NCBI GenBank assembly: GCA_049293675.1
Contig: JBAQBR010000001.1
Coordinates: 38,273-102,272, forward strand
Reading direction: 5' to 3'
Length of the DNA: 64,000 bases
Source: Patescibacteria group bacterium
GTDB taxonomy: Bacteria; Patescibacteriota; Gracilibacteria; BD1-5; UBA2023
Shown: piece after piece, positions 34,769 through 46,151 of the stretch
How the letters are laid out: each line of letters opens with the position of its first letter
Numbering within the stretch: the stretch's first letter is position 1
Program-made: the position numbers and the translations under genes
Notes under the pieces: generated by a model
What the model was told of the DNA's origin: nothing
The model's input: the letters and a program-made list of their open reading frames with translations, nothing else
Database searches by the model: none

Positions 34769-36163
34769 ATGTCACCCAAAAAAATCATCTTTTTCATCAT
34801 AGTATGAGTTATCACTATAACACTGATTATAGGGATTTTCCTACTCCAAAAAAAGACCACAAAAGAAACGATTATCCCATGAAATATCAGAGTATGGATA
34901 TCTGAGGGCAATACTCAGTCGTATGATTCGCTTATTGAGTGATTCAAGCTCTACGCACCAGAATATGCAGACTCAACTATCACATTCGAGAAAAAAACTA
35001 CAGATCCAATTCGTTATAGAATCCTCCTCCTCTCAACTATGTCGGAAGGAACTGGCCCTGATATATTCATGGTAGGAGCAGGAACTGATGTTGTTCTCGA
35101 ATCCAAGATTGAACCAATACCAGAGAGTGTTATCAACTTTTCTAACTTTGAAAAAGAGTACGACGATGTCTTCCTTCCTCTCATTGTATCGAGTGGATCG
35201 AAGGATACATTTACTCGCTACCTTATGGGTGTTCCTCTCTGATTTGAGACGCTTGGGATTTTTTATAACAAAAATCTCGTTCGAGAAGTTCCAATAACTT
35301 GGAATGCGCTCGATGTACTCTACAGCAATGGCATATCTCCTGAGGTATTCCCAGCCAATCTCTGACTTGGGCCTCGTTATACGCAGAATGCTGCTGATAT
35401 TGTTGGATTATTCTATGGAAGGGCAGGCATGTACGATGCAACGAATCTGAGAGGAGGAGATGGAGAGTGACTTGCCTCATATCTCAGTTACAAGGATATC
35501 CGAATCGCATCAGCATGATCAGATGATGCCTTTGCTCCTATTGTTACGCTCGATGGGAAAAAAGAAGAAATGGACACAGAAAGTCTCACAACCCTAGATC
35601 TCTTCATGCAAGGAGACATCTGAATGATTTTTGGATATCCAAGCCTTGTTACTGAACTCGAAAAAAGTGATAAACGTGTAGGATTCAAAAGTAAGGCAGG
35701 AAATATCCTCACGGAGAGGATTCCTGCAGATTCACCTACAGAAGGAAGAGAGAATGCAGCAAAGTATAACTTCTTCGCACTCTCTAGAGCTACAGAAAAC
35801 CCTGCAACAGCAGTAAAATTCCTGGAGTATCTCCTGACTCCTGATGCACAAAAAAGATTCCTCCAGAATAATCCTTATCTCATTTCAGCTCAACGTTCAT
35901 TTTGGCCAGCACAGGAGAGTTCAGTATTGTCCAATATACTCAATAGAGCAACACTCGGAGCCTTTATCCCAGAGATTGACGAAGAACTCTTTGTATTTTC
36001 TTATGGACTCAAGGCAGAATTCGGGAATTTTCTCTCAGAATATATTGACAGAAATGATAATATAGATATTAATAAGATATCAGAACTGATTTCACACAAC
36101 ATATCATGCAGTATCGATACCTATAGTGGAAAAGAAACTCGTGCTGATTGTGAGAATAAATAA
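34769..36163 (+). CDS. Extracellular solute-binding-protein-like protein (orphan, no adjacent permease)
   Basis: First ATG after an in-frame TAA, and the gaps were checked. N-terminal TM anchor. …IRVWISEGNTQSYDSLIEGFK…GTGPDIFMVGAG… is typical of family-1 SBPs. Ends TAA 36161-36163. Confidence 0.6.
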
Positions 36164-36219
36164 TCAAAAATTGCTTTTTTCCTTTTGATATGATACGATT
36201 GACTGTATATACCTTATCT

Positions 36220-39200
36220 ATGCGTACACTCTACTCACTTCTCATCCTCGTTATAGGATTCATCGGATTCTTTACCATCGCAGATGGTGTGACTTTCGCA
36301 GCAGACAAATGTTGGTTCCCCTTTAGTGACGGAACATGCTGAACTACAGAGCCACCATACTGTGCTGATGGAAAGTGTACACTTCAAGGCGGACTCAATG
36401 CCGCGGGAACAGCTGTGGACTGACAAGTAACAAATCTACCTATTTCAGTGTTCGTCGTCGATATTGTTCAGTACCTCCTCACATTCGTAACCCTGATTGC
36501 TGTCATATATGTTATCTATGCATGATTCCAGGTGATGACGGGAGCATGAGACGAAGAGAAAAGCAAAAAAGCAAAAAATATCATCCTCTACGTTGTAGTT
36601 GGTATCGTCATCATGTGGCTTGCATATGCCCTTGTGAACTGGGTAGTCACCGCAGTGTGAAGAACAGTCTCAACGGATTCTTGAGGAAAATACACATGGT
36701 CACTCGTTCCAGAAGTATCGGCAGCTTATAGTGAAAGTGATGTCGATACTTTTCGAGAGTACCAGAACAAACTTCGGATAGCGATACAGGATCTCGAGAG
36801 TGAACTCAAGATCAATAAGTCAGTAAGTACTGCTAATATTCAGAACATCAAAAACCTAGTACAGGGAGCATACGATCGCCTTCCTGATTTTGGTGATGCA
36901 GGTACACAGAACGACACCATGAAGCGCGGAGTAGACAGAGATCTTGATATAGCCATGAAAAATCCTGGATCTACGAGCCAAGTTGGAAATGCTATCTCTA
37001 GTGTTTCTGCTTTTATCTCTAGTGCCAAGATCGAGACCGTTGAATGAAGTATCAATGCTTCACCGGGAGAGTGAAATGCTCCAGTTACAGTATCGTTCCA
37101 AGCAACAGGAATCAAAGATCCTTCTGGTGCTACTCCAGATAATATGAGTTATATCTGGTGGATGCGAGAAAACGGTGGCGTACGTCGTGAACTCGGAAGA
37201 GGAAAATCCCTTGTCTATACATTTTCCCAAGAGTGAAGCTATACAGTGTTTCTCGATGTTATCTCTGGAAGTCGTAATAGTAAAAAAAAGATTGATGTCC
37301 TCCCACTGAGTACATCAAAGACTATCGATGTAAAACCACGCCTTGGAGAAATAGTACTCCTGGTTAATGGGGTCAACGCAAGCAATCTCCAAACACTGAA
37401 AATCAATCCAACCATCGGAAAAATGTGAGTCATCCTCGATGCTACAGCATCACGAGCCACAGGGGGCAATATCACAGAAACCACATGGGATTTTGCTAAT
37501 AACAACACTATTACGTATCGTTGAGTACCTATTGTTGAACGACAGATTTTTGCAAATTCATGAGACTACAATATTCGTCTCACGCTCAAGACGAACAATG
37601 GACAGACCTTTACCAAGGAGCTCCGCCTCATCGTACGCAATCCAGCTGCCGTAATCCAATGAGAAAAACTTACAGGAAATATCGGTGATGACATGTATTT
37701 TTCTTCGATATCATACTTTACAAATGCAAACAACGTAGAGTACTCTTGGCAGATACAAGATGACAATAACAAAAAAATAGTTAACAACCTCCCTGGAAGT
37801 ACACTCAAGTACCGATTCGATACAATAGGAACATATATAGTCACCCTCACTGCTCGTAGTCCAAATGGTGAAGTAGATACTGATTCACGACAGATAACTA
37901 TCGAGTCTCGATCACCAGTAGTCAACCTCGACAATCCGAAGCCACTCTCAACTGAGAGTCCCAATGTCTTGGAATTTGACGCGTCAAAAAGTTATGATCC
38001 TGACACAATGGGTCGTAAATGACTCACCTATACATGGAGAATAGATGGAGAAAAAATCAATCTCGATAATGTAGCAAACAATGGCGCAAAATGAACTCTT
38101 GTATTTAATTCAGTATGACCTCATACCGTATCACTTACGGTAGCAAATGCATACGGAAAAGTCACTACTGTAGAGCGCCAATTCGAAGTGCAATCGATTC
38201 TTTCAGCCAATCTCCTCATCACTCCACGCGTTGCTCCTCTTGGAACTATTATTAATTTTATAGCCCAATCAGAGAATGCAGACTTCTTTGAGTGGAATAT
38301 GGGAGACGGCTCCCCTATCAAGACAGGAAACAAGAAAATCATCCAACATATATACCAGAAAACTGGAGTATACGAGGTAACTCTTACTGTATCGAGCGCA
38401 AAGTGAAGTGAATCCAATCAGATCAAGAGACGTGTATATGTCACTGATACGAATAGCCCATTTTCTATGATCAGTGTGAACAATGCTTCCAGCACTGCAT
38501 ACTATGATTCTGAGGCATGTGGAGGAAGCGGGGCAACTGTCATCAATAGGTCAGAAGTAACCAATTTCGATGGTTCAAAATCTATCAACATAGATGGTGG
38601 AACCGCTGATCTTACGTATACATGGAGTTATTTTGGAAAAGTAAAAACTACATCTACCCTCTCAGAGAAGCTCTCAGAAATCTGATGCTATCCTGTCAAG
38701 CTTACCGTACGTAGCAACAAAAATGGTGCAACTCATGCATCAACAGAATATATCTCAATCAAGAATATCCCCCCTGAGCTCACGAGTATATCTACAAGTA
38801 TCGACTCTAGTAAGCAAGACAGTCAAAAAGTACTTGTTCGTGTAAATGCAAATGGAGCAATAGATCCTGACGGAGTGATCACTTCATATATCTGGTATTA
38901 TACAACCGAATCCGATCGAGAACCACAGAACATCCAGATTACACAGAATCCAGAGATTACTTTTGTTCTTCCAAACATCACAGAGAAGTATTATTTTGGT
39001 GTGATCCTCGAAGATAATGACGGTGCAAAGGCAAATAGCATGAACGACGGAAGTGAGCAAGTTCCACTGATTCTCGACAATCAGAACGGGAATATCTATA
39101 TGCCACTTATTAGCCTCACGATGCCCAAGAATGCAGTTCTCGTAGGAGAAAATGTGTTTATGTCTGTCGATGCTAAAACAATAGTCTGAACTGTTGTTAC

Positions 39201-41430
39201 GAAGAATGCGGAATATGCCTGGGATTTTGATGGAGATGGTCGCTTCGACGAGCGCTCAACCAATCCATCAGTGAACCATACGTTCAAGAACTCTGGTACA
39301 TACCAGATAAAAGTACGTGTCACTCATAATGGTGTATCAAATACGAAGTATGCAACTATCTATGTAAAAAATCCACTGAAGGCCAATGCTGTCGGTTATA
39401 CACTCGCTGACGGAAGTATCTACTTCATGAATACTAGTGAATGACTCTATGATAGAGCTATATGGACGGTGAATGGAGAACAGACAGAATCACCATACAC
39501 ATTCACGATTCCTCGAGCACAACTCAGTACGCTCTCAGGAGAAGATATTGGAACACTCAGAGTCTCCAATGGTGAGACAGATACATCGAGTTTCACCCTG
39601 TCACGCAAGGATCTCATGCAGATCGCATCATGAACAGGTATTGCATATCAGACATCACCACAAGCCATAGATGATACGATCCATATCAAGTGACAGTCAG
39701 ATAGACTTATTATCTCACTTCTAGGCAACACTACTGCAACATCCTATGCTATCGATGTAGATACTCGTATTGATAGTGATCTTGATGGTATTCCAGACAA
39801 TGATATCGACAACAAGAATCACACTTCCTATACAGATGGTAGCACCTATGTTATCAGTGATTTTGTAGAGTCTCGAATTAGAGAGCGTACCGTGAAGGTA
39901 ACTCTTCTTTCCAATGGGACCATGATAGGAACCAAAGATATTCGAGTTATTCTTGATTTTCTTCCTGAGGCACAGTCAGGGTCTGGAGAAGACTTCTTGC
40001 TTGGTGCATCTGGTTCTATGAGTACATTCGATAGAGAAAAACTCGAAGAGCTTGCAACAATGATACGATCTACAGAGAGTACAGATCGTGTTATCCTCAT
40101 GCAAGAGTACAATACCATGATAGAGAACTGGGGTGACTCATTCTCAAAGGCAAAGTCTCTGATAGATATACAAGAACTCGTCAATACAAGCACTCTCACA
40201 GAAGATAAAAAAATTGCTATCAGTAAAATCATCGACGCACTCCTTGTCGGAGATTCCGCGAGTATCGACGAAGTGACTCTTGCAACCAAGCTCATCCAAG
40301 ATCTCATACCTGCAACGAGTGCCAACCGAGAGACTATTATCGAGAAACTCAACGCTATCTCTTCTCATCCAAGCGATATCGCCAAGAATCGAGACCTCTG
40401 AAAGGAGATACTAGAACTCATCAAAAATGATCCAACCATCGAAGATAAGTACAAGATACACATCAAGAATCAACTCCTCATCATCATCAACGGTGGTCAG
40501 GCAAGTGTCCCAGCTGATGCGGTAGAAGAATCTGGCTCTACTAGCACTATCCTAGGATTTATATCAGGAGTCGTGTGGGTATTCCTCTATATACTCTGAG
40601 GTATACTTCTTGTTCTCCTTATTTGATATGTATTCTACCTTATTGGACGAAAAAATGATGATATTGGATTTCAGGACTTTCTCATTGATTCAGTGTTTCA
40701 TGCAAGAAAATCACCAAATACTACAGAATCAGGAACAACCGACACATCGAATATCATCGTAACACAGGCTCCTGTAGTCGCAGAGAAGTCTCCCATCATA
40801 CAGGTAGACCCTCTTGCGAGCTATACACCTCCTGTGATTGTAACAGCACCCCTCGAGGCTACCCATAACTGACTCGAATCAGCTCCGACTGAGACAGAAT
40901 CATCTACCAATATCCCTGCATGGCTCCAGATACCAAAAACTGAAACAGTATCTGATACTAAAACCGAAACTCCAGGAGTAGAACCAATAGTTACAGAGGA
41001 AGTATCTACACCTACTTGGCTCCAGGTAGACTCTAACGATGGGGATACATCTTCAGTAATAGTCCCCGAGACATTAGAGGACACCCCTGCTGCCCCAGCA
41101 AGTGAATCTACTGTCCCTGATTGGCTCCAAGCAACAGAAGAGGCTATCGCACCTACAGATACTCCTCCAACAGAATCAATAGTCACAGAAGAGGTATCAT
41201 CTCCTGAGACAACCAGAGAAGAGATAACAACTTCCAATGATCTCCCTGATTGGCTCGTAGACTCATTGAAGTCTTCCGAAGAAACCAAGGAAAGTGATAC
41301 ATGAACGACGACACCAACAGAAAAAACTGAAACCCAGCCAGCCAAGAAAAAGGCAACAAAGACAAAAAAGAGTACTACAGCAAAAGATACACCTCCTGCC
41401 TCTGGAGATATCCCTGAATGGCTCAAGTAA
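36220..41430 (+). CDS. Giant surface protein: VirB2/TrbC-like two-TM module + PKD-domain array + C-terminal TM and PxWL-repeat tail (1,736 aa)
   Basis: Every codon from 36220 to TAA 41428-41430 was checked: no TAA/TAG, many TGA. An alternative ATG is at 36190. N-terminus: signal, Cys-rich loop, then IVQYLLTFVTLIAVIYVIYAGFQVMTGAGDEEKSKKAKNIILYVVVGIVIMWLAYALVNWV. At least 8 PKD-like units (for example FEWNMGDGSP…GVYEVTLTV, YAWDFDGDGRFD…GTYQIKVRV) lie at ~37100-39400. TM at ~40555-40650. The acidic tail carries five P-x-W-L motifs. Confidence 0.85.
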
Positions 41431-41457
41431 AAAAAGACGGATAATTCCGTCTTTTTT
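41431..41457 (+). terminator. Rho-independent terminator
   Basis: Stem AAAGACGGA (41433-41441) / TCCGTCTTT (41446-41454), loop TAAT, then a T-run. Confidence 0.65.
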
Positions 41458-41523
41458 GTTTTCTGATGTTTTATTGACTTAGGGAGTGACTTTTGATATA
41501 CTCAAGGTATCTTCATATTTTCT

Positions 41524-43845
41524 ATGACACAAGAAAAACCACAATCCGAAGAGAAGACTTCTCTCCTCTCAGATATCATCAAAGCATCTCAGGCATCAGG
41601 CAACGAACAGGCTGTACCTCCAGTCACAGAGGTAAGTTCACCATCGAACAATCCAGCTGAGATACCAGTATCTTCAGGAAGCAATACTCCACCACTTCCC
41701 CCTACGCCCAAGAAGCCAAGAGAACCACTTCCACCAGGTACAATATTGAAAGCAATTGGTGCACTTTTTTTTACGGGAATTATATTTTTTGCGAGTTTTC
41801 TTGCGTATATAGTATTCAATCCTGGTGAAGCCCAATTCTTCATCACAATGTTCGGTATAGATACCAAGGATGTTGCCACACTTCTTCGAAAGTTCATCAA
41901 TGGAAGTTTTGGTATTATCATGCTTGTATTCTCTATCCTCTGGATTATCACACTCTTCCGAGCTATCTGGACGCCTCGAGAACAAAAAAGAAAAAAGATA
42001 CTCGCATGGATGACAGCCGCTCTCATTGGTATACTCCTTTTTTCTATACTCACATTCTGGATATACCTCTTCAAAAAAATCGGAGAAATTGTATGGGATG
42101 GTGGAGTTATCGGTGTCTATGATAACGTACTCTATGGCAATCCAATATCAACGGGTGACTCTGCTATCAGGAGCACTAAGAACATGATATGACCTATCCA
42201 GCTACGATACGATATCCGTGGCAATGCTCGATCTTATGAAGCCAATGGTATCACAGTAGAGCGCTACGAGATCAACTTCGATGGTGCAAGTTGTGGAGAT
42301 GGGAGGAGTATCGTCTCGGGTACCAATCCAAAAGAAGAACAATGAATTGTTTGTGATTTTAATCAAATAAGGAACTACAATATACGCTGATCTTACTTTG
42401 CTACCGACGTCAACTGAGAGAGCAAAGAGATACCTATAGAGCTCGATGCTGTAGAGATACGCGGACTCGTAGATGTCAGAGAGCAGAAAAACAGTCTTGG
42501 AAGAGATATTATAACGCTCGATGCCAGCAAGCTAACACTCCTTGGTGATCCTCGTTGGGTCTATGAGAGCACCGGAAAAGAAGAGAAAAATCCAACCATC
42601 ACCCTAGAACCAAGTGAGACTCCTACTTTTATATTTTTAAAAGTATTCTGAGAGTCTCCTGATAGGATATTCCTCGTACAGAAGCGTGGAGCCTGACAGT
42701 GAGATGAGACAATAGAAGCTGTCCAGTCAACGCTCGATGGACGAGAATACACCATGACGCTCACAGGAATCACGGCAGATAGCAATACTATACTTGGAAT
42801 CGAGTGGACAGTGAATGATGGTATCGTCATATGCCGATGATCGAGAGATGTCTGTCAGTACAACTTCTGAAATTATGGTCAGCAGAGTGTCAATGCTCGT
42901 ATCGCCTTTGCTGATAGGAGCTACCGCGATATCAAAAAAGATATCAACGTAGAGAAGCCACTCCAGCTCATCAGACATGTCATCGTAACGGGAAGTGATG
43001 GCAAGAGACTCAATCCTGACTCAAGTTATGACGGAGTACTCAATAGCTATCTCATCGATAGTATCATCCCCCCTGACAAGATTACTGTTGATGCGCGTGA
43101 TGTGGTACCAGAGAATCCAGGATACGAGCTCAAGGAGGTTCGTTGGGTTCTTGCTGATGGACGCAACAGTATAGAGAAGATTGGGGACAGAGTAACTTTT
43201 GATATCCTCAATACCTACCGATACACTATCGTGGGAACATATACTTTTGAGAAAAATATTCCTGGAAGTGCTACAGAGATAAAGAAAGCTACTGATAACA
43301 TTACGGTTGATGTGGAGCGAAAGATACTCATTCCACGACTTTCTGTCATCCAGAATAGTGACTATGTTCCTGCAAGTATAACAGTTGACGCATCTCAGTC
43401 ATGGTCAGAGAATAACGAGATTATCAAGTTCATCTACAACTTTGGTGAAGGTCGAGCTGATGCTGTCGGTGATGCTATACAGACATACACATATACCACT
43501 CCAGGAGAAAAAGAAATAATCCTTACGATTATCGATGACTCAGGAGAAAAAGCTCAAATCAAAAAGACACTCGTACTCAAAGAATCTCCGAGAACACTTG
43601 GATTTATACCGAGTATATCACCTGGTATTATCTGAGTTCCAGTGGACTTCTCAGTGACAGATGAGAGTGGACAGGTTGAGATGTATACATGGAGCTTCTG
43701 AGACAATACTCCAACTCAGCGAGGCATATCAGTGACACATGTATTCGCCAAGGGATGAGAGTACCAGGTCACACTCACGGCAACCTATGCTGATGGTACC
43801 CAACGACAAGCAGTATCTACATATCTCGTTAATTCTGGTGAATAA
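41524..43845 (+). CDS. Polytopic membrane protein with extracellular PKD-like domains (773 aa)
   Basis: Fragments 41524..42192 and 43102..43635 are colinear and lines 42181-43800 were checked. Pro-rich N-terminus, 4 TM helices, Ig/PKD-like repeats, and a terminal PKD signature YTWSF-G-DNTP…HVFAKG-G-EYQVTLTATYADG. Ends TAA 43843-43845. Confidence 0.8.
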
Positions 43846-43872
43846 AAAAAGACCCAATCTTGGGTCTTTTTT
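43845..43872. terminator. Bidirectional rho-independent terminator
   Basis: Stem AAGACCCA (43849-43856) / TGGGTCTT (43861-43868), loop ATCT, flanked by an A-run and a T-run. The pyrH stop is at 43880-43882. Confidence 0.65.
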
Positions 43873-43879
43873 GAAGGGA

Positions 43880-44605
43880 TTATTCTGGACGCTTCCCATG
43901 AACAAATGTTCCAACAATTCACTCAGTAGCAATTGTATCAATATCGCCAATACGGCATACATAGATAGGAATCCCCTCATCATGTGCCAGCGCGATAGAT
44001 GCCTGATCCATAACTCGGATATCACTCTTGAGCACCTCGAACATGTGGAGCTCTTCATGACGTACTGCATCTGGATGCTTCTTAGGATCCTTGTCATATA
44101 TACCATCTACCTTGGTAGCCTTCACAACCACGTCACATCCGAGTTCGAGTCCACGGAGTACTGCACATGAATCCGTGGTAAAGTATGGATTCCCCGTACC
44201 ACCAACACATATTACCACCCTTCCCTTCTCGATATGTCTCAGTGCTCGACGACGGATGAACGGTTCTGCAACACGCTCCGTTGGTATTGCACTCATAACG
44301 CGCACATCAACTCATTCTTTTTCGATAGCTTCTCCGATGGCAAGTCAGTTGATGATGGTTCCGAGCATTCCCATATGGTCACCTGTTGTTCGGTCGAATC
44401 CTCCAGCTTCAAGCTCAATACCGCGGAAGATATTTCCTCCACCCACCACTATAACAACTTCAAGTTTTTCTACTTGAACAAGATAGACGATTTTTTTTGC
44501 AAGGAAGGCAAGGAATTTTGGATCGATACCATATCACTGATCTCATTGGAGTGCTTCACCAGAGAGCTTGAGGAGGACGCGTTTTGGGGTGTGGTACTTT
44601 TTCAC
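43880..44605 (-). CDS. pyrH: UMP kinase
   Basis: Fragment 43919..44305 was extended in frame. GTG start 44605 is the only start codon after the upstream TAA. Translation [47 protein letters not shown]. 241 aa. Ends TAA. Confidence 0.9.
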
Positions 44606-44644
44606 AGAAGATAAAAATTAGAAAACTAAAAAATCTCACCAGAG

Positions 44645-45250
44645 CTAGAGCTGTGGTGAGAAGAAGAAAAATACAACAGAAAATGCAAGCACAAGGACGA
44701 AGAGGAGTGCGAGTGAGAGGATTGCTCCATTGCGCTTCGATATCTCTTTTTCGAGGTTTTCTATCTTTTGAGAGTATTGCATAGTATCTTCGCTTCCCTT
44801 GGTTTTAGCTGACTCAAGGAGAAATGTTGCCTTATTGTAGTCAACAAGTGGGATAGTATTACGCAGTTCGGTCTCAGCCTTTCCGAGCTTGTATGAGAGA
44901 TCTTGGATTGTCTCATCTTTGCGCGCGATGATACCGCGAGTTTCTTCGTAGAGTCTGACGAGTTCCGTAACAGCAGTAGAGTCTGCAACTGCAAGATTTT
45001 TTTGTCCTTTCGGTTGTACTATCTCGTGTTTCGGTGATGTATTTTTGTCATCATCTATGATGATAACATAATCCTCTTCCCTGCGTGCAGGATCCATATT
45101 TCGAAGGGTTTCGACATCTTCATCTTCGAGGAACATCTTCTTTCCGATGCGACGAGTCCGTATACGACCTGCCTGTATATGACGATCGATAGTGCGAGAT
45201 GATACTCCGAGACGAGAGGCAGCTCCGTCACGGTCGAGAGTGAATGCCAT
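44645..45250 (-). CDS. Membrane-anchored HTH (excisionase/MerR-type) coiled-coil protein
   Basis: Intact 201-aa ORF with no TGA. N-terminal HTH LDRDGAASRLGVSSRTIDRHIQAGRIRTRRIGKKMFL, central coiled coil, C-terminal TM ILSLALLFVLVLAFSVVFFFF. Confidence 0.65.
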   Translation of the reverse strand: MAFTLDRDGAASRLGVSSRTIDRHIQAGRIRTRRIGKKMFLEDEDVETLRNMDPARREEDYVIIIDDDKNTSPKHEIVQPKGQKNLAVADSTAVTELVRLYEETRGIIARKDETIQDLSYKLGKAETELRNTIPLVDYNKATFLLESAKTKGSEDTMQYSQKIENLEKEISKRNGAILSLALLFVLVLAFSVVFFFFSPQL

Positions 45251-45414
45251 AGATATATACTTGCGTAAAAACGAGAACTATATTATAAAAAAGGGGCTGA
45301 AAAGCAAGCAAAAACACAAGAACTTTCTCTTACTGAGTTCTTACATCCAAAGTATAGAGTATATAGGTACAATATTTGAAAAAAATCCAACTCCCACTAT
45401 AATCATCACACTCT

Positions 45415-46077
45415 ATGCATATACTCCTCATCGAAGACAACATCATCCTTGCTCAGACAGTAACTCGATATCTAGCCAATGAAGATATCAGCTGTACACT
45501 CAGAACCGATGGAACTGAGTGATATACTGAGGCTGTTCAGAATAACTATGACGCTATAATCCTCGATATCGAACTGCCAAATATGGATGGTGTCGAGGTC
45601 TGCCGCAGACTCCGTAGAGAAGGAAAATCTACTCCAATCATCATGCTCACATCTCGTGCAACACAGGATGATATCGTTGCAGGACTCGACTATGGTGCTG
45701 ATGACTACCTCACCAAGCCTTGTGACTATCGAGAACTCGTCTCTCGCCTGCGGGCACTTACTCGACGCAACCATACACAGAAAAGTACTGAGACAATTCA
45801 AGTATGAAATATTGTACTCAATCAAGAAAATCATGAGACACTCCTCTGAGGAGAAAAAATAGATCTCTCTAAAAGAGAATATGAACTCCTCCTCTACTTC
45901 ATGCAAAATAGTCCACGAATACTCCCAAAGACAGAACTCGCAGAGAAGGTATGGTGAATCTATGATGCTTGGGCAGATCAGAAAGTTGTCGAAGTCTATA
46001 TCGGCTATCTTCGAAAGAAACTCTGAACCAATACCATTGAGACACACAAAGGAATTGGATATAGTCTCAGTGTATAG
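45415..46077 (+). CDS. OmpR-family response regulator
   Basis: MHILLIEDN…ILDIELPNMDG…LTSR…DDYLTKP receiver domain plus a winged-helix output (REYELLLYFMQNSPRILPKTELAEKVW-G-…VEVYIGYLRKKL). 4 TGA. Ends TAG 46075-46077. Confidence 0.9.
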
Positions 46078-46085
46078 ATTATTCT

Positions 46086-46133
46086 CATAAGAATAAGAAA
46101 AAGAGATCCCTACGGGATGACAAAAACCAAAAA
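46086..46133 (+). repeat. Intergenic ~50-nt element, copy A
   Basis: CATAAGAATAAGAAAAAGAGATCCCTACGGGATGACAAAAACCAAAAA. The mini-hairpin ATCCC-TAC-GGGAT is followed by GACAAAAACCAAAAA. A close relative lies at 49249..49303. Confidence 0.55.
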
Positions 46134-46151
46134 TTTTAATAACATTTTATA

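Noticed and set aside
40821-41426. Minus-strand 201-aa ORF.
   Set aside because: It is antisense to the T/E/P-rich tail of the 36220..41430 gene. Its S/V/G-rich low-complexity translation is the expected shadow.
45472-46047. Minus-strand 191-aa ORF, and similar ORFs such as 22503..23039, 20985..21464 and 34168..34728.
   Set aside because: Each lies antisense to a well-supported gene (response regulator, valS, M23-SLH) and has no motif support.
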